DNA from: a virus
Lineage: Duplodnaviria > Caudoviricetes
Reading direction: 5' to 3' (one strand)
Length of the DNA: 64,000 nucleotides
Virus record (IMG/VR): IMGVR_UViG_2897081166_000001
Coordinates: 17,293-81,292 of that record
The notes beneath the pieces are model-generated. The model did not search any database. It was not told where the DNA came from and saw only the letters and a list, made by a program, of their open reading frames with translations. Position numbers and translations under genes: made by a program. Positions 46,776 through 55,574 of the stretch are shown here, piece by piece (positions within the stretch are counted from its first letter, which is position 1; every line of letters begins with the position of its first letter).

Positions 46776-46931
46776 ATGTCCGCCGCCATCCAGCAGCAGA
46801 TCGACGCCCAGGCCGCCGCCGACCGCATCCGCGCCTACGAGGACCGGGACCTGCCGGACCTCGCCTACGACGACGGCTACGACATCAGCGACCTCGGCTG
46901 GGACGACACCAACCCGGAAGGACCCCGATGA
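46776..46931 (+). CDS. Small acidic protein
   Basis: GAGGGG RBS; translated by hand. Confidence 0.55.
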   Translation: MSAAIQQQIDAQAAADRIRAYEDRDLPDLAYDDGYDISDLGWDDTNPEGPR

Positions 46932-47362
46932 CTGACACCCCGATGACCCCGGACGCCGCCCTGGCCCGTCTCCGCCAGTACGGGGAGCGCACCTCGACCT
47001 GGTCGACCGCCACGCACAACGACGGCACGGAGAAGGCCCTGCATCAAATCGCGGTGAGCCTCGCCGGAGAGGTCGACCGGCTGCGTGGGGAACTGTCCGA
47101 CGCAACAGCCGAGATGGCGGAGAACGCCCGGGCCATGAACGCCCTCCGCCGCCACCGCGACACCGCCGAGGCGCGTGTCCGCGAGCTGGAGGCGAGGGCC
47201 ATGCGGCGGGTCCACCCGGTGACGGCGTGCGGGGCGTGCGGGGACCTGCCCGAGAAGTGGTGCCCGGACTGCGCAGCCTGCAAGGCAGGCTGCTTCGGAG
47301 GGCACGACGGGAACTCGTGCACCCACCCCAACACGTCCTGGAACACGGGGCCCACCCCATGA
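46928..47362 (+). CDS. Coiled-coil protein with a Cys-rich C-terminus
   Basis: ATGA coupling; CGAC..WCPDCAAC..C. Confidence 0.7.
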   Translation: MTDTPMTPDAALARLRQYGERTSTWSTATHNDGTEKALHQIAVSLAGEVDRLRGELSDATAEMAENARAMNALRRHRDTAEARVRELEARAMRRVHPVTACGACGDLPEKWCPDCAACKAGCFGGHDGNSCTHPNTSWNTGPTP

Positions 47363-47472
47363 CCCCGCCGCCGGCTCCGGCCACGTTGCCGCCGTGGGAG
47401 GACACCGCACGCGAAGTAGCCCAGGCTGACGACCGGTACTGGGACGCTCAATACGAACGAGACGAGGACTGA
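47359..47472 (+). CDS. Micro-protein
   Basis: ATGA coupling. Confidence 0.45.
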   Translation: MTPPPAPATLPPWEDTAREVAQADDRYWDAQYERDED

Positions 47473-47474
47473 CC

Positions 47475-47576
47475 ATGTGGACCTGCGAGAACTGCGGTAC
47501 CGAGAACCAGCGGCACGACGAGCACTGCCAGAACTGCGACACCTGGCGCAGCGAGCAGGAAGACGACGAGGAGTAG
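47475..47576 (+). CDS. 33-aa stand-alone RanBP2-type zinc finger
   Basis: MWTCENCGTENQRHDEHCQNCDTW matches W-x-C-x2-C-x3-N-x6-C-x2-C; GAGGA RBS. Confidence 0.7.
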   Translation: MWTCENCGTENQRHDEHCQNCDTWRSEQEDDEE

Positions 47577-47580
47577 ACCG

Positions 47581-47796
47581 ATGAACCCCATGCCCGCCGA
47601 GACGTTCACCGCAGCCGCGACCCGGGCCCGCGAGATCGGCGACCCGCTGCACACGGCTATGGCTGACCTCCTCGACATCTACGCCAGCCGGTTCGCCACC
47701 TGGCGTGGCCCGCACGTCTCCAACGAGTTGGCGGCGGGCCTCGCCATGGCCCACGCCGTCAACGACACCAAAGACCAGCAGGGCGACGAGGAGTAG
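47581..47796 (+). CDS. Small hypothetical protein flanked by 21-bp direct repeats
   Basis: GAGGAG RBS lies within the repeat. Confidence 0.7.
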   Translation: MNPMPAETFTAAATRAREIGDPLHTAMADLLDIYASRFATWRGPHVSNELAAGLAMAHAVNDTKDQQGDEE

Positions 47797-47800
47797 ACCG

Positions 47801-48097
47801 ATGAGCATCCGACTCGCAGACCTGGACATCCGGTGGACCGGCACCGACGACACCACCCCCGACGGGCACGTCCTCGCTCTCGGCACCGACAGTGCCGGCC
47901 TCCTCCGGCTCTGCCTGTACGCCGGGGACACCCCGGCCGACGACCAGTTCCGGGGCTCGCTCCTGCTTCCGTCGGACGGGCACCGGAAGTCTTTCCTGCC
48001 GACCCGAACGACTGCCTACGGGCCGGGCGGCGCGTGGGTCACCAGCGGCGGGGACCAGACCAGCATGCTCGCCCGACTCGCCAACCAGCCGACCTGA
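47801..48097 (+). CDS. Hypothetical protein
   Basis: GAGGAG RBS. Confidence 0.7.
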   Translation: MSIRLADLDIRWTGTDDTTPDGHVLALGTDSAGLLRLCLYAGDTPADDQFRGSLLLPSDGHRKSFLPTRTTAYGPGGAWVTSGGDQTSMLARLANQPT

Positions 48098-48153
48098 CCG
48101 CCCTTGGGCTGCTGTGTACGGCACGGCGGCCCACACCCCGAAGGAGAACCGAG

Positions 48154-48447
48154 ATGCCCGGATCCCCCCTGGATGCTGCGGTGGCGTACTTCGAGAACCA
48201 GTACGTGAACCAGTTCTTCGGTCACGAGGTCGCCGCCAAACTGCGTGCACTCGCTACTGAGGCACCCGCCCCTGCCGACCGAACCATGCTGACCGAGATC
48301 GAGCGGCAGCTCCTCACCTTCGCGCTGGAACTGGCCGAAGAGGAGATCCACGCCCGCAGTCTGGAAATCCCCGACAAGGACCGAGCCGCGCTCACCTCGC
48401 TCCGCCGCCTCGCCGACGACACCACCACCCAGGAGCCCCCGCGATGA
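48154..48447 (+). CDS. Hypothetical protein
   Basis: AAGGAG RBS. Confidence 0.65.
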   Translation: MPGSPLDAAVAYFENQYVNQFFGHEVAAKLRALATEAPAPADRTMLTEIERQLLTFALELAEEEIHARSLEIPDKDRAALTSLRRLADDTTTQEPPR

Positions 48448-48713
48448 TCCAGCCCGGACAGACCTACTACTCCCTCGACGGAAACCACAGCAGCGGCGGG
48501 CCACGGCGAATCCGCATCACCAGCGCCCCTATCGGCGCCGCCGACATCGACGGCATGCGGAAGGTCCAGGTCGTCACCATCACCCGAGACGGCCGCGAGA
48601 TCCGCCCCCGCTGGATGCGAGCCGACCAACTCCACACCACACCCACCACCCGCGACGGGGCACCCCGCCGCACTGGATACGTCCTGGAGGACATGTCACG
48701 GCCGGCCCGGTGA
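48444..48713 (+). CDS. Hypothetical protein
   Basis: ATGA coupling; followed by a hairpin near 48722-48747. Confidence 0.7.
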   Translation: MIQPGQTYYSLDGNHSSGGPRRIRITSAPIGAADIDGMRKVQVVTITRDGREIRPRWMRADQLHTTPTTRDGAPRRTGYVLEDMSRPAR

Positions 48714-48869
48714 CGAGGAAAGGCCCCGTCCGGTAAGGTCGGGGCCAGGCGGTCATCTTCAGGATGGGTCCGGTTCGTCACCGGAACCGCCACTGTGCGG
48801 AAGATCCCGGTGCAAGTCCGGGCCAGCCAACGTTCGCGTCGGCTCGTAGCTCAAGTAGAGCGTCCGCTC

Positions 48870-49742
48870 CTAACGAACCGCATCCCGGCCACCCCGCAGC
48901 TCTGCAGGCGTCATGGCCAAGTCGCGATAGTACGTCAGCGCGTGGCCCTGAAGCCGCTGCACCACCCGGTCCAGGTCGGGGCCAGTCAATCCGTGACCAG
49001 CCGGCGCGGCATTGAACCGCCTCCGGCCCACCACCGTCGCATCACGGTAGTCGCGAGCGATGACCTCCGCCCACTGGGCGCGAGTAAGGGCGCCCCGGAC
49101 CCGCCCGTTGATCTCATAGGCCGACTCCTTCGTCACCGCCAGAGTGGCCATGATCTCGGGCCAACCCAGCGTCGGCGGCATGTCGACCTTCGTGTACGTG
49201 AAAGGCCGCCCTGCGAGGCTCTCCCATCGCGCCACCGCTGCGGGCGACAGACGGTTCCACCGGTTGACCAGCTTCTTGTTGACCTTTCCGGCTCCGTGCA
49301 TCATCGCGTTACGCCACGTCAAGCAGAAGCCCAGTAGCTCATCTGCGACGGTCTCAGCCTTGCCGAAACGCAACGTCTCATGGAGTGCTGGCACCGACCA
49401 GCCCCCCGGAGCTGACTGCTTCGTGATCAAGGGCGGGAAACGCTGGCACTCAACGATCGTGCCCACACACAGTTCGATGTGTAGTGCCATGACTTGAGGG
49501 ATGGCGAGAATCGCCATGTCAGCCGCCGCAGAGCCGAAGATCTTTGCCGCGTCGACGGCCGTGATGTCGAGACGCTCCGTCTGGGGCACCGCGTTCAGTA
49601 GCGTGCTCGCCCTGATCTTGGGGTCTGGGGCCTGGTTCATATCCTGCTGGATGTGATGCGCCCCTACCGACAGGGCCAGGATGCTGTTGTTCGACCGCTT
49701 CTGCATCGCCTGCCACGTCCGAAACGCGCTGTACTGAATCAA
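48870..49742 (-). CDS. Moron with a HEPN-like RxxxxH motif
   Basis: WRNAMMHGAGKV; atypical codon usage; start uncertain (frame open to 49910). Confidence 0.6.
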   Translation of the reverse strand: MIQYSAFRTWQAMQKRSNNSILALSVGAHHIQQDMNQAPDPKIRASTLLNAVPQTERLDITAVDAAKIFGSAAADMAILAIPQVMALHIELCVGTIVECQRFPPLITKQSAPGGWSVPALHETLRFGKAETVADELLGFCLTWRNAMMHGAGKVNKKLVNRWNRLSPAAVARWESLAGRPFTYTKVDMPPTLGWPEIMATLAVTKESAYEINGRVRGALTRAQWAEVIARDYRDATVVGRRRFNAAPAGHGLTGPDLDRVVQRLQGHALTYYRDLAMTPAELRGGRDAVR

Positions 49743-49881
49743 GTCGCCCCCTGCCACTCGGTGTTGGCACAGCTTAGTGCGCTCCGGGCCACGACCTCCC
49801 CGCTCTGAACCGTCAGGCAAGCCCGAGGCGTTGTGCGGGGGCGGTCGGCGGGAACACTCCAGGGAGACCAAGGAGGTGACC

Positions 49882-50049
49882 ATGCCAGGCCGACGACACA
49901 CCGGATTCAAGAGCCGGGCCCAATGGCGCTACTTCTTCGCCAACCCCAAACTCCGCCGCTACGCCCGATCCAAAGCCCACGCCACCAAGGGCGGAAAGAT
50001 CACCCGCTACCGGCGGCTCCCCGCCCGCAAGGGCATCCGCCGCCGCTAA
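49882..50049 (+). CDS. Small highly basic protein (55 aa)
   Basis: Perfect AAGGAGGTG RBS; Arg/Lys-rich, no acidic residues. Confidence 0.7.
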   Translation: MPGRRHTGFKSRAQWRYFFANPKLRRYARSKAHATKGGKITRYRRLPARKGIRRR

Positions 50050-51740
50050 GCCGCCACCCCAGGCCGCGAGCCCCCGCCCACCGGCTCCTCCTCATCCGGA
50101 TCCTCGGACTGGCCCTCGTCGAAGCCCGGCTCGACCCCATCGTCCGGCTGCTCCTCGCCCGGGCCCTCGGTGCGCGCGCTGAACGGGTCCCCGGCCGGAG
50201 TCTGCGTCTTGTCGTCCCTGATGCGCCGCACCTCCGCCAACACCTCCGCGTCATCCCAGGCCGGCTCCCGCATCTTCACCTTCATGAACGTGCTGATCGC
50301 CCCCGCCGCGTCCAGCAGCGACAAGGTGCGCGCCGTTGCCTCCGGGTCCGGCTGCACCGCCTGCGGCCACGACGCGGTCAACTCCACCGCCGGGTCCACA
50401 CCCTTCGCCCCGCAGTGCCTCACGTCGACCTGCATCAGCGTCGTCAGGTGCTCCAGCAGTGCTGGCCGCTGATACAAGATCTTCAGCCCTCGGGTGGTCA
50501 GGCTCTCCTCCTTGCGGGCCGCGACCTCCGTCGCCGTCACCGCAACCGACCCCTCCTCCCCATACGACTGGGCCGAGTAGCCAGCCGACGCCAAGATCTG
50601 CCGGCGCAGAGCCTTCGCGGTCCGCTCGTGATCCTCCACCCGGATCGCGAACTGCACCTCAGTGATCGAATCCTTGAGCGACGACTCGCTGCCCAGGAAC
50701 CCGGACACCGACACGAGCAGCTCCCTGTCCAAGTCGAACGAGGAACCACCGCCCGGCCCGCTGGTGTCGAGCATCTCCTGCGGCACCACCACCCGGGCCT
50801 TACCCAGGCGCAGATCACGCATCCACGACGACCAGGTCTCGTCGAGCCCGTCCATCATCGGCTCGATGCCCGCATAGTCGGAGCGTCCCAGCGGGGCGGT
50901 GTCCGGCACCCCGTCCCAGATTCTGTTGGGCAGCACGTTCGGCATGTGCGTGATCAGCAGCCGGTCAACGCCCGTCGCCTGCCGGCCGTGGGAGTCGGTG
51001 CGGCTCGCCAGGAACTCGGTCTCGTGGTGGTCGCTGAACTCCATCAGCATGCCGAGGGTGCCGACATCGCCCCTGTACACCCCGTACTCGATCAGCCCCG
51101 GGGTGTGGTACTCCAACAGCCGCCACACACCCCCGCCGTCATCCAGCGGCTCCAACTCCCGCCACACCGTCGCCGCGGCAAGCATGCCCCAACGCCACTC
51201 CGGGACCACCGCGTTCGCCTGGATCACATCCGACCACGGGCGAGGGCGCAGCGAGGTGTCCCACACAGCCCGCAGGTACACGTTCGACAAGCCGGCGGCC
51301 AACTCGGCCGCCTCCCGCATCTTCGCGTGGCCCCGGTCGTCGAGGTACCGGCCGATCTGCGCCTGCGTCGACGCGGCCGTCGCACTGTCCGTCGAATCCA
51401 GATCGACAGTCACCTGCGGCACCTCGGCCCACAGGAGGTTCGCGGACATTTCCGCAATGTCCCCGCCGATCGGGACGTGCAGCTTCGCCGCCTGCTGGCC
51501 TGGTGACGGGTCCTGCCCCCAGAACATGCGCAGCTCATCACCGCCCACCGCCCGCCTCCGGTCCACGTCGAAGTACGCGCGCGCCGTCCCGTTCCGGGTG
51601 TAGGCGGCCGTGCCCCCGTACACCTGTGCCAGATGCCCGGTGTCCCCGGCGTACCAGGCCCGCCACATGTCCATGTCGGCATGCGGGATCTCCAGCTTCG
51701 GCGGGGGCCACGGGGTGTTCCCGGACGGAGGCAGCGGCAT
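50046..51740 (-). CDS. Portal protein (SPP1/A118-like)
   Basis: KLHVP, LGRSDY, LDETWSSWMRDLRLGK, TATEV; directly follows terminase. Confidence 0.9.
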   Translation of the reverse strand: MPLPPSGNTPWPPPKLEIPHADMDMWRAWYAGDTGHLAQVYGGTAAYTRNGTARAYFDVDRRRAVGGDELRMFWGQDPSPGQQAAKLHVPIGGDIAEMSANLLWAEVPQVTVDLDSTDSATAASTQAQIGRYLDDRGHAKMREAAELAAGLSNVYLRAVWDTSLRPRPWSDVIQANAVVPEWRWGMLAAATVWRELEPLDDGGGVWRLLEYHTPGLIEYGVYRGDVGTLGMLMEFSDHHETEFLASRTDSHGRQATGVDRLLITHMPNVLPNRIWDGVPDTAPLGRSDYAGIEPMMDGLDETWSSWMRDLRLGKARVVVPQEMLDTSGPGGGSSFDLDRELLVSVSGFLGSESSLKDSITEVQFAIRVEDHERTAKALRRQILASAGYSAQSYGEEGSVAVTATEVAARKEESLTTRGLKILYQRPALLEHLTTLMQVDVRHCGAKGVDPAVELTASWPQAVQPDPEATARTLSLLDAAGAISTFMKVKMREPAWDDAEVLAEVRRIRDDKTQTPAGDPFSARTEGPGEEQPDDGVEPGFDEGQSEDPDEEEPVGGGSRPGVAA

Positions 51741-51755
51741 GACAGATCCTTTCGA

Positions 51756-53006
51756 TCAGGCGGCCAAGGCAAGCTGGCGCTGCCACAAGGCACGAGTAGT
51801 GAAGATCGCGTAGCGGAGGGCGTCGACACCATGGTCGGCAACCTTGATGGGCTTGTCCTCACCCTTCTCGGCAGCCTTGTCATCCCAGGCGTAGCCCGGC
51901 ATCTCGCCGATCAGCGCCTTGCAGGAGGAGTGGACGACGAGCTTGCCCGCAGAGAGAAGGCTCGACATGGTGCGGATGCCATCCAGCACTGCGTTGTTCG
52001 CCGGGGTCGGGGTGAGCCTGTCGCGCCGCAACTGGGCAGAGAACGAAGCCGCCGAAGGGTCCACCGTCACGAACTGAGGGCGGACCGGGCCAATGCCGGC
52101 GACGTTCGACAGCCAACCCCGCATGCGCTCCGAATACTCAATGTCCGTGAGCTGGCGCCGCTGCTGGCGGCCGTCGTACCGCCACTCGGAAGCCGCGTAC
52201 AGTCGGCGGTCCCGGCCAAGGCCGAGGAGGGTGGCGTGGAACGGGTTGGTCTGGCCATAGTCCACGCCAACGCTGATCCACTTGGCGATCTCGGGCAGCG
52301 TGTTGACGACGTGCTTCTCCTCATCCCACATGTCGAAGATCGAACCTTCGGCAGCGATCCACTCTCCGAGGACGAAGCGGCGGTACCAGAGGCCCACGAA
52401 CTCATTCTTGATCGAGTTCTTGTAGTCGTCGCCCAGGGACGGGTTGTCGTCCAGCACGTAGTGCCAGTACCGGATGCCCAACTCGTCACGGCGGTCGATG
52501 AAGTCCCGCTTTAGCCAGTGGGCCGGCGACCCGGGATTGGTGGAGGCAAAGAGCTTCGCCCCCGGCACGCTCATGCGCCCCAGCAACTGTGTCCAGAACT
52601 CTTGCGGTACGAGCGTCGCCTCGTCGACGAGGGCACCCGCACAGGTCATGCCTCGCAGGCGCTCCTCCGCCCTGCTGTCATTCGCCCCGATGACCCGGAC
52701 CTGCCGACCCAGGATGGTCGCGGTCGGCGCACCCCGCGTGTAGTGCACGTGCTGCGCCAGCGGGCCGAAGAGGTTCGGGTCCTGGAGAGGAATGAAGACG
52801 TTCGACGCCGCGGTGTTGGTGGTCTTCGCGATGACCGCGAGCTCCCCACCGGAGGGTGCCGTTGCCACATACATGATCCACCGCAGCAGCGTGGAGATAG
52901 TTTTGCCAGCACGGATTGACCCGGAAGCGATGTTGATTCGTGCGTTGCTGTTCGCGACGAAGTCCAACTGCTTCCGGGACATCCCGAGATCGGTGGCGCT
53001 CAGCAC
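51756..53006 (-). CDS. terL: Terminase large subunit (PBSX-like)
   Basis: GSIRAGKT, VDEAT, STNPGSPAHW, GVDYG, DHGVDALRY; GTG start inferred. Confidence 0.93.
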   Translation of the reverse strand: MLSATDLGMSRKQLDFVANSNARINIASGSIRAGKTISTLLRWIMYVATAPSGGELAVIAKTTNTAASNVFIPLQDPNLFGPLAQHVHYTRGAPTATILGRQVRVIGANDSRAEERLRGMTCAGALVDEATLVPQEFWTQLLGRMSVPGAKLFASTNPGSPAHWLKRDFIDRRDELGIRYWHYVLDDNPSLGDDYKNSIKNEFVGLWYRRFVLGEWIAAEGSIFDMWDEEKHVVNTLPEIAKWISVGVDYGQTNPFHATLLGLGRDRRLYAASEWRYDGRQQRRQLTDIEYSERMRGWLSNVAGIGPVRPQFVTVDPSAASFSAQLRRDRLTPTPANNAVLDGIRTMSSLLSAGKLVVHSSCKALIGEMPGYAWDDKAAEKGEDKPIKVADHGVDALRYAIFTTRALWQRQLALAA

Positions 53007-53875
53007 AGCAGGCCCAGCAGAAGGCGGAACCGCGTTCCGCATCGAGCGTGCTTGGTCAGGTTGCAGTGACTGCACGCCATGGCCAAGTTCCACCAGTGGT
53101 CCGTGCCGCCCTTGCTGAGAGGGAACTGGTGGTCAACCTGCATCGCAGCGGTACGGCCCCCGCAGTACGCGCAGGGGTCAGTCGCGATCGCTGCTCGATA
53201 GGCGGTCGATATAGCCTTATCGATTTTGGTCATGCCTCGCGCTGCTTGGTACCTGCGTCGCGCAGTCTTTGCCTTGAACGGAATCGGGTCGTCCTGGTAG
53301 TCCTGGCGCTGCCGATGCAACCGACACAGGCCGCGGTACTGAGCGTGCTTGCTGCACCCGTCGGCAGCGCATTCCCCGCCTTTGGCAGTCTTCAGAGGCT
53401 GCTCGATGGGTGTGCCCGTCAGAACGCGGCGTCGATGAAAGTGGCACATACCGACCGCCCCGTAGGGGCGCTCGCAACCCTCGACCGCGCACGGTCGATT
53501 GACCCTCCGGGACCGGACGACGTGGGGGTCGCCGTGCTGACGCCAGCGCTCGTAGTGCTTCGTGCACCAACCGCGCTTGCGGGAGGGCTCGTCGCAATCT
53601 TCGATCGCGCACGCTTGGCCAAGGTTCGCGATCTTGAGGGGGGCCGCCATGGAGAGGCCGTTGCGCTGCCGCTGCCAGTGAAGCGAGCAGAGCCCTTTGC
53701 CTGCAACGCTGCGCTCGCAATCCTCTGCGGTACAGGTGAGGCCAGCCCGTTCCTGCCGCAACGGTCCAGCGGTCAGAGGGATGCCCTTCCTCTGTCGATA
53801 GAGGTGGGTGTCGCAGAGCCCGTGGCCCTTGTGCGGTCGTTCGCATTCGGGCACGTCGCAGGTACGCTTGGTCAT
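53000..53875 (-). CDS. HNH endonuclease with tandem C-x4-C...C-x2-H zinc-finger repeats
   Basis: Five CxxxxC..GxCxxH repeats, then CAYCG..VDHQFPLSKGG..NLAMACSHCN. Confidence 0.88.
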   Translation of the reverse strand: MTKRTCDVPECERPHKGHGLCDTHLYRQRKGIPLTAGPLRQERAGLTCTAEDCERSVAGKGLCSLHWQRQRNGLSMAAPLKIANLGQACAIEDCDEPSRKRGWCTKHYERWRQHGDPHVVRSRRVNRPCAVEGCERPYGAVGMCHFHRRRVLTGTPIEQPLKTAKGGECAADGCSKHAQYRGLCRLHRQRQDYQDDPIPFKAKTARRRYQAARGMTKIDKAISTAYRAAIATDPCAYCGGRTAAMQVDHQFPLSKGGTDHWWNLAMACSHCNLTKHARCGTRFRLLLGLLC

Positions 53876-54000
53876 GTCGGCACTCCTCGTAAGTGTCGGC
53901 CGCGCCCCCGGACGGTTGCACCCGTCGCGGGGGTCCTGTATGTAGTTTGACCTGCCAATTCTACCAATTTCGCGCCGTGTTGGGGTGATCGTCAGCCTTG

Positions 54001-54549
54001 TCACAGCTCGACCTCGGAAGGCGTTTCGGTGCCTTCGTTGACGATGGCGCTGATGCCCTGTGCGAGCTTCCCGAGCATCGACTTGGCCTCGTCGGCGCCG
54101 CCGGTGGCCTGCTCCGGGGGTGCGAGCTTGAGGCTGCGGTCGATGGCGGCGCCAGCAGCCATGATGAGGATGCGCCGTTCGGCGTGGGGGGCTTCGGTGA
54201 AGGTCTCGGAGTTGAAGTTGTTCTCCTTGCCGCCGAAGGCGTACACGGTGGTCGGCTCGTGGATCTTCTGGAGCGACTCCTCGGCAATGTCTGTCAGCTT
54301 CTCGGCGAGGAGGGATCGGCGTTCGGCGAGGTCGGCGACGCGCGCCGCTGTCGCTGCCTGGATCGCCGTCCGGTCGAAGGTGAGGCCGAGGTGTTCTGCG
54401 GTGCGGGATACGCAGCCCGTGGCTATGCCCATCTCGCGGGCGATGACGTTGCGGCCCTTCCCTTCGGCGTGGAGCTCTCGTAGCTGGTCCCACCGGTCGC
54501 GTGCCATCGTCCCGCGGGGCTTCGGGGCCTCCTGCTTGTTGTCGGCCAT
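54001..54549 (-). CDS. Terminase small subunit-like HTH protein
   Basis: LRELHAEGKGRNVIAREMG HTH; position upstream of terL. Confidence 0.7.
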   Translation of the reverse strand: MADNKQEAPKPRGTMARDRWDQLRELHAEGKGRNVIAREMGIATGCVSRTAEHLGLTFDRTAIQAATAARVADLAERRSLLAEKLTDIAEESLQKIHEPTTVYAFGGKENNFNSETFTEAPHAERRILIMAAGAAIDRSLKLAPPEQATGGADEAKSMLGKLAQGISAIVNEGTETPSEVEL

Positions 54550-55418
54550 CAGGCCCTCCGTTCGGTTCGTGCGGCCCGGCGCAGCAGGGCGGGCAGTGGT
54601 GTGCCGTCGACGGGCCAGGTGGGGGAGTAGGGGATGGTCCAGCACCGACAGGACGGGTGCAGCGGCGGGCCTAGCGGAGCGGTGGCGAAGACGGTGCGCT
54701 GCGGGTCGAGACTGAGTGCGGCAGGGAACCGGCGGCCGGCAACGACGCTGCGCCCTGCGTAGGCGCCGCAGGCGGGGCAGGCCCCGGGTTCGGCGACCCA
54801 GAGGAGCCGGATGGTGGGTCCGATGGCGCGGGCGACTGCGGTGGCGGCGTGTGCGGCAGCGCTGGTGACGGCGACTGCGGCGTGGCGGGCGATGCGGGTG
54901 ACGGCGCGCCGGGCTCGGTTGAACACCCCTGTGACGCCTGCGAATCCGAGGGCCGTGACGCTTGCCGCGGTGAGGAGCGCGAGGGCTCGGTGGTGCTCGT
55001 TTTCGACTGCTGCGGGTACGACGTCGGCTGCGGTGGCGGCTTCGGGGCCGATGGTGGGCTGGACCGGTGGGGTGGGTGTGCCGCTCATGGCGGCGGCGAG
55101 CGCGGCAGCCTGCCGGGCGCTGAGCTGTGCGGCGTGGAACGCGGCGATGCGGATGGTGTCTGCGGCGAGTTTGCCCTTGCCGCGGAATGCGTCGGTGAGC
55201 GCCTGCTTGATGGCCGTGATGAGCCGGTCCAGGGCGGTGGGCGACGGGAGTGCCTGCCGGTCGGTGGCGTGGAGCCACTGCCGTGTGGCGGTCCTCTGCG
55301 CGTCGGCGAGTGCGCGGGCGAGCGGGGCTGCGGCGTCGTGGGCGGCCTGTTGCTCGGTGCGGCGTAGTGCGGCGGGGAGTTGCCGCGCGGTGTCGGCTAT
55401 GCGGTTGCTGCTGACCAT
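54549..55418 (-). CDS. Head morphogenesis protein (MuF/SPP1 gp7-like)
   Basis: WVAEPGACPAC..PPLHPSCRC. Confidence 0.8.
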   Translation of the reverse strand: MVSSNRIADTARQLPAALRRTEQQAAHDAAAPLARALADAQRTATRQWLHATDRQALPSPTALDRLITAIKQALTDAFRGKGKLAADTIRIAAFHAAQLSARQAAALAAAMSGTPTPPVQPTIGPEAATAADVVPAAVENEHHRALALLTAASVTALGFAGVTGVFNRARRAVTRIARHAAVAVTSAAAHAATAVARAIGPTIRLLWVAEPGACPACGAYAGRSVVAGRRFPAALSLDPQRTVFATAPLGPPLHPSCRCWTIPYSPTWPVDGTPLPALLRRAARTERRA

Positions 55419-55574
55419 CCCTCACCACCCCCTTGATCCTTGGAATCTAAGGACATCTTGCGCTATGACCTTTGATTGTGCAGCATTGTGGTGGGTTCAG
55501 GGTTAACATCTGGGCTAACACGCCAGCGGACAAGGCGCCGCCAACGCGTGCAGGCCGCCCAAGGAGGCACCGAG
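55419..55574. promoter_or_regulatory. Divergent late promoter region
   Basis: AT-richer gap between divergent structural operons; TCCTTGGAATCTAAGGA inverted repeat. Confidence 0.5.

Noticed and set aside
30490-47195. Recurrent AEARV(R)ELEA coding motif near 30490, 32085 and 47165
   Set aside because: Short coiled-coil motif common in mosaic phage ORFs; no array structure
49833-51506. 557-aa plus-strand ORF
   Set aside because: Arg/His/Pro-rich shadow opposite the portal gene
53876-54493. N-terminal extension of the HNH ORF
   Set aside because: Overlaps terS in another frame; strong SD at the 53875 start
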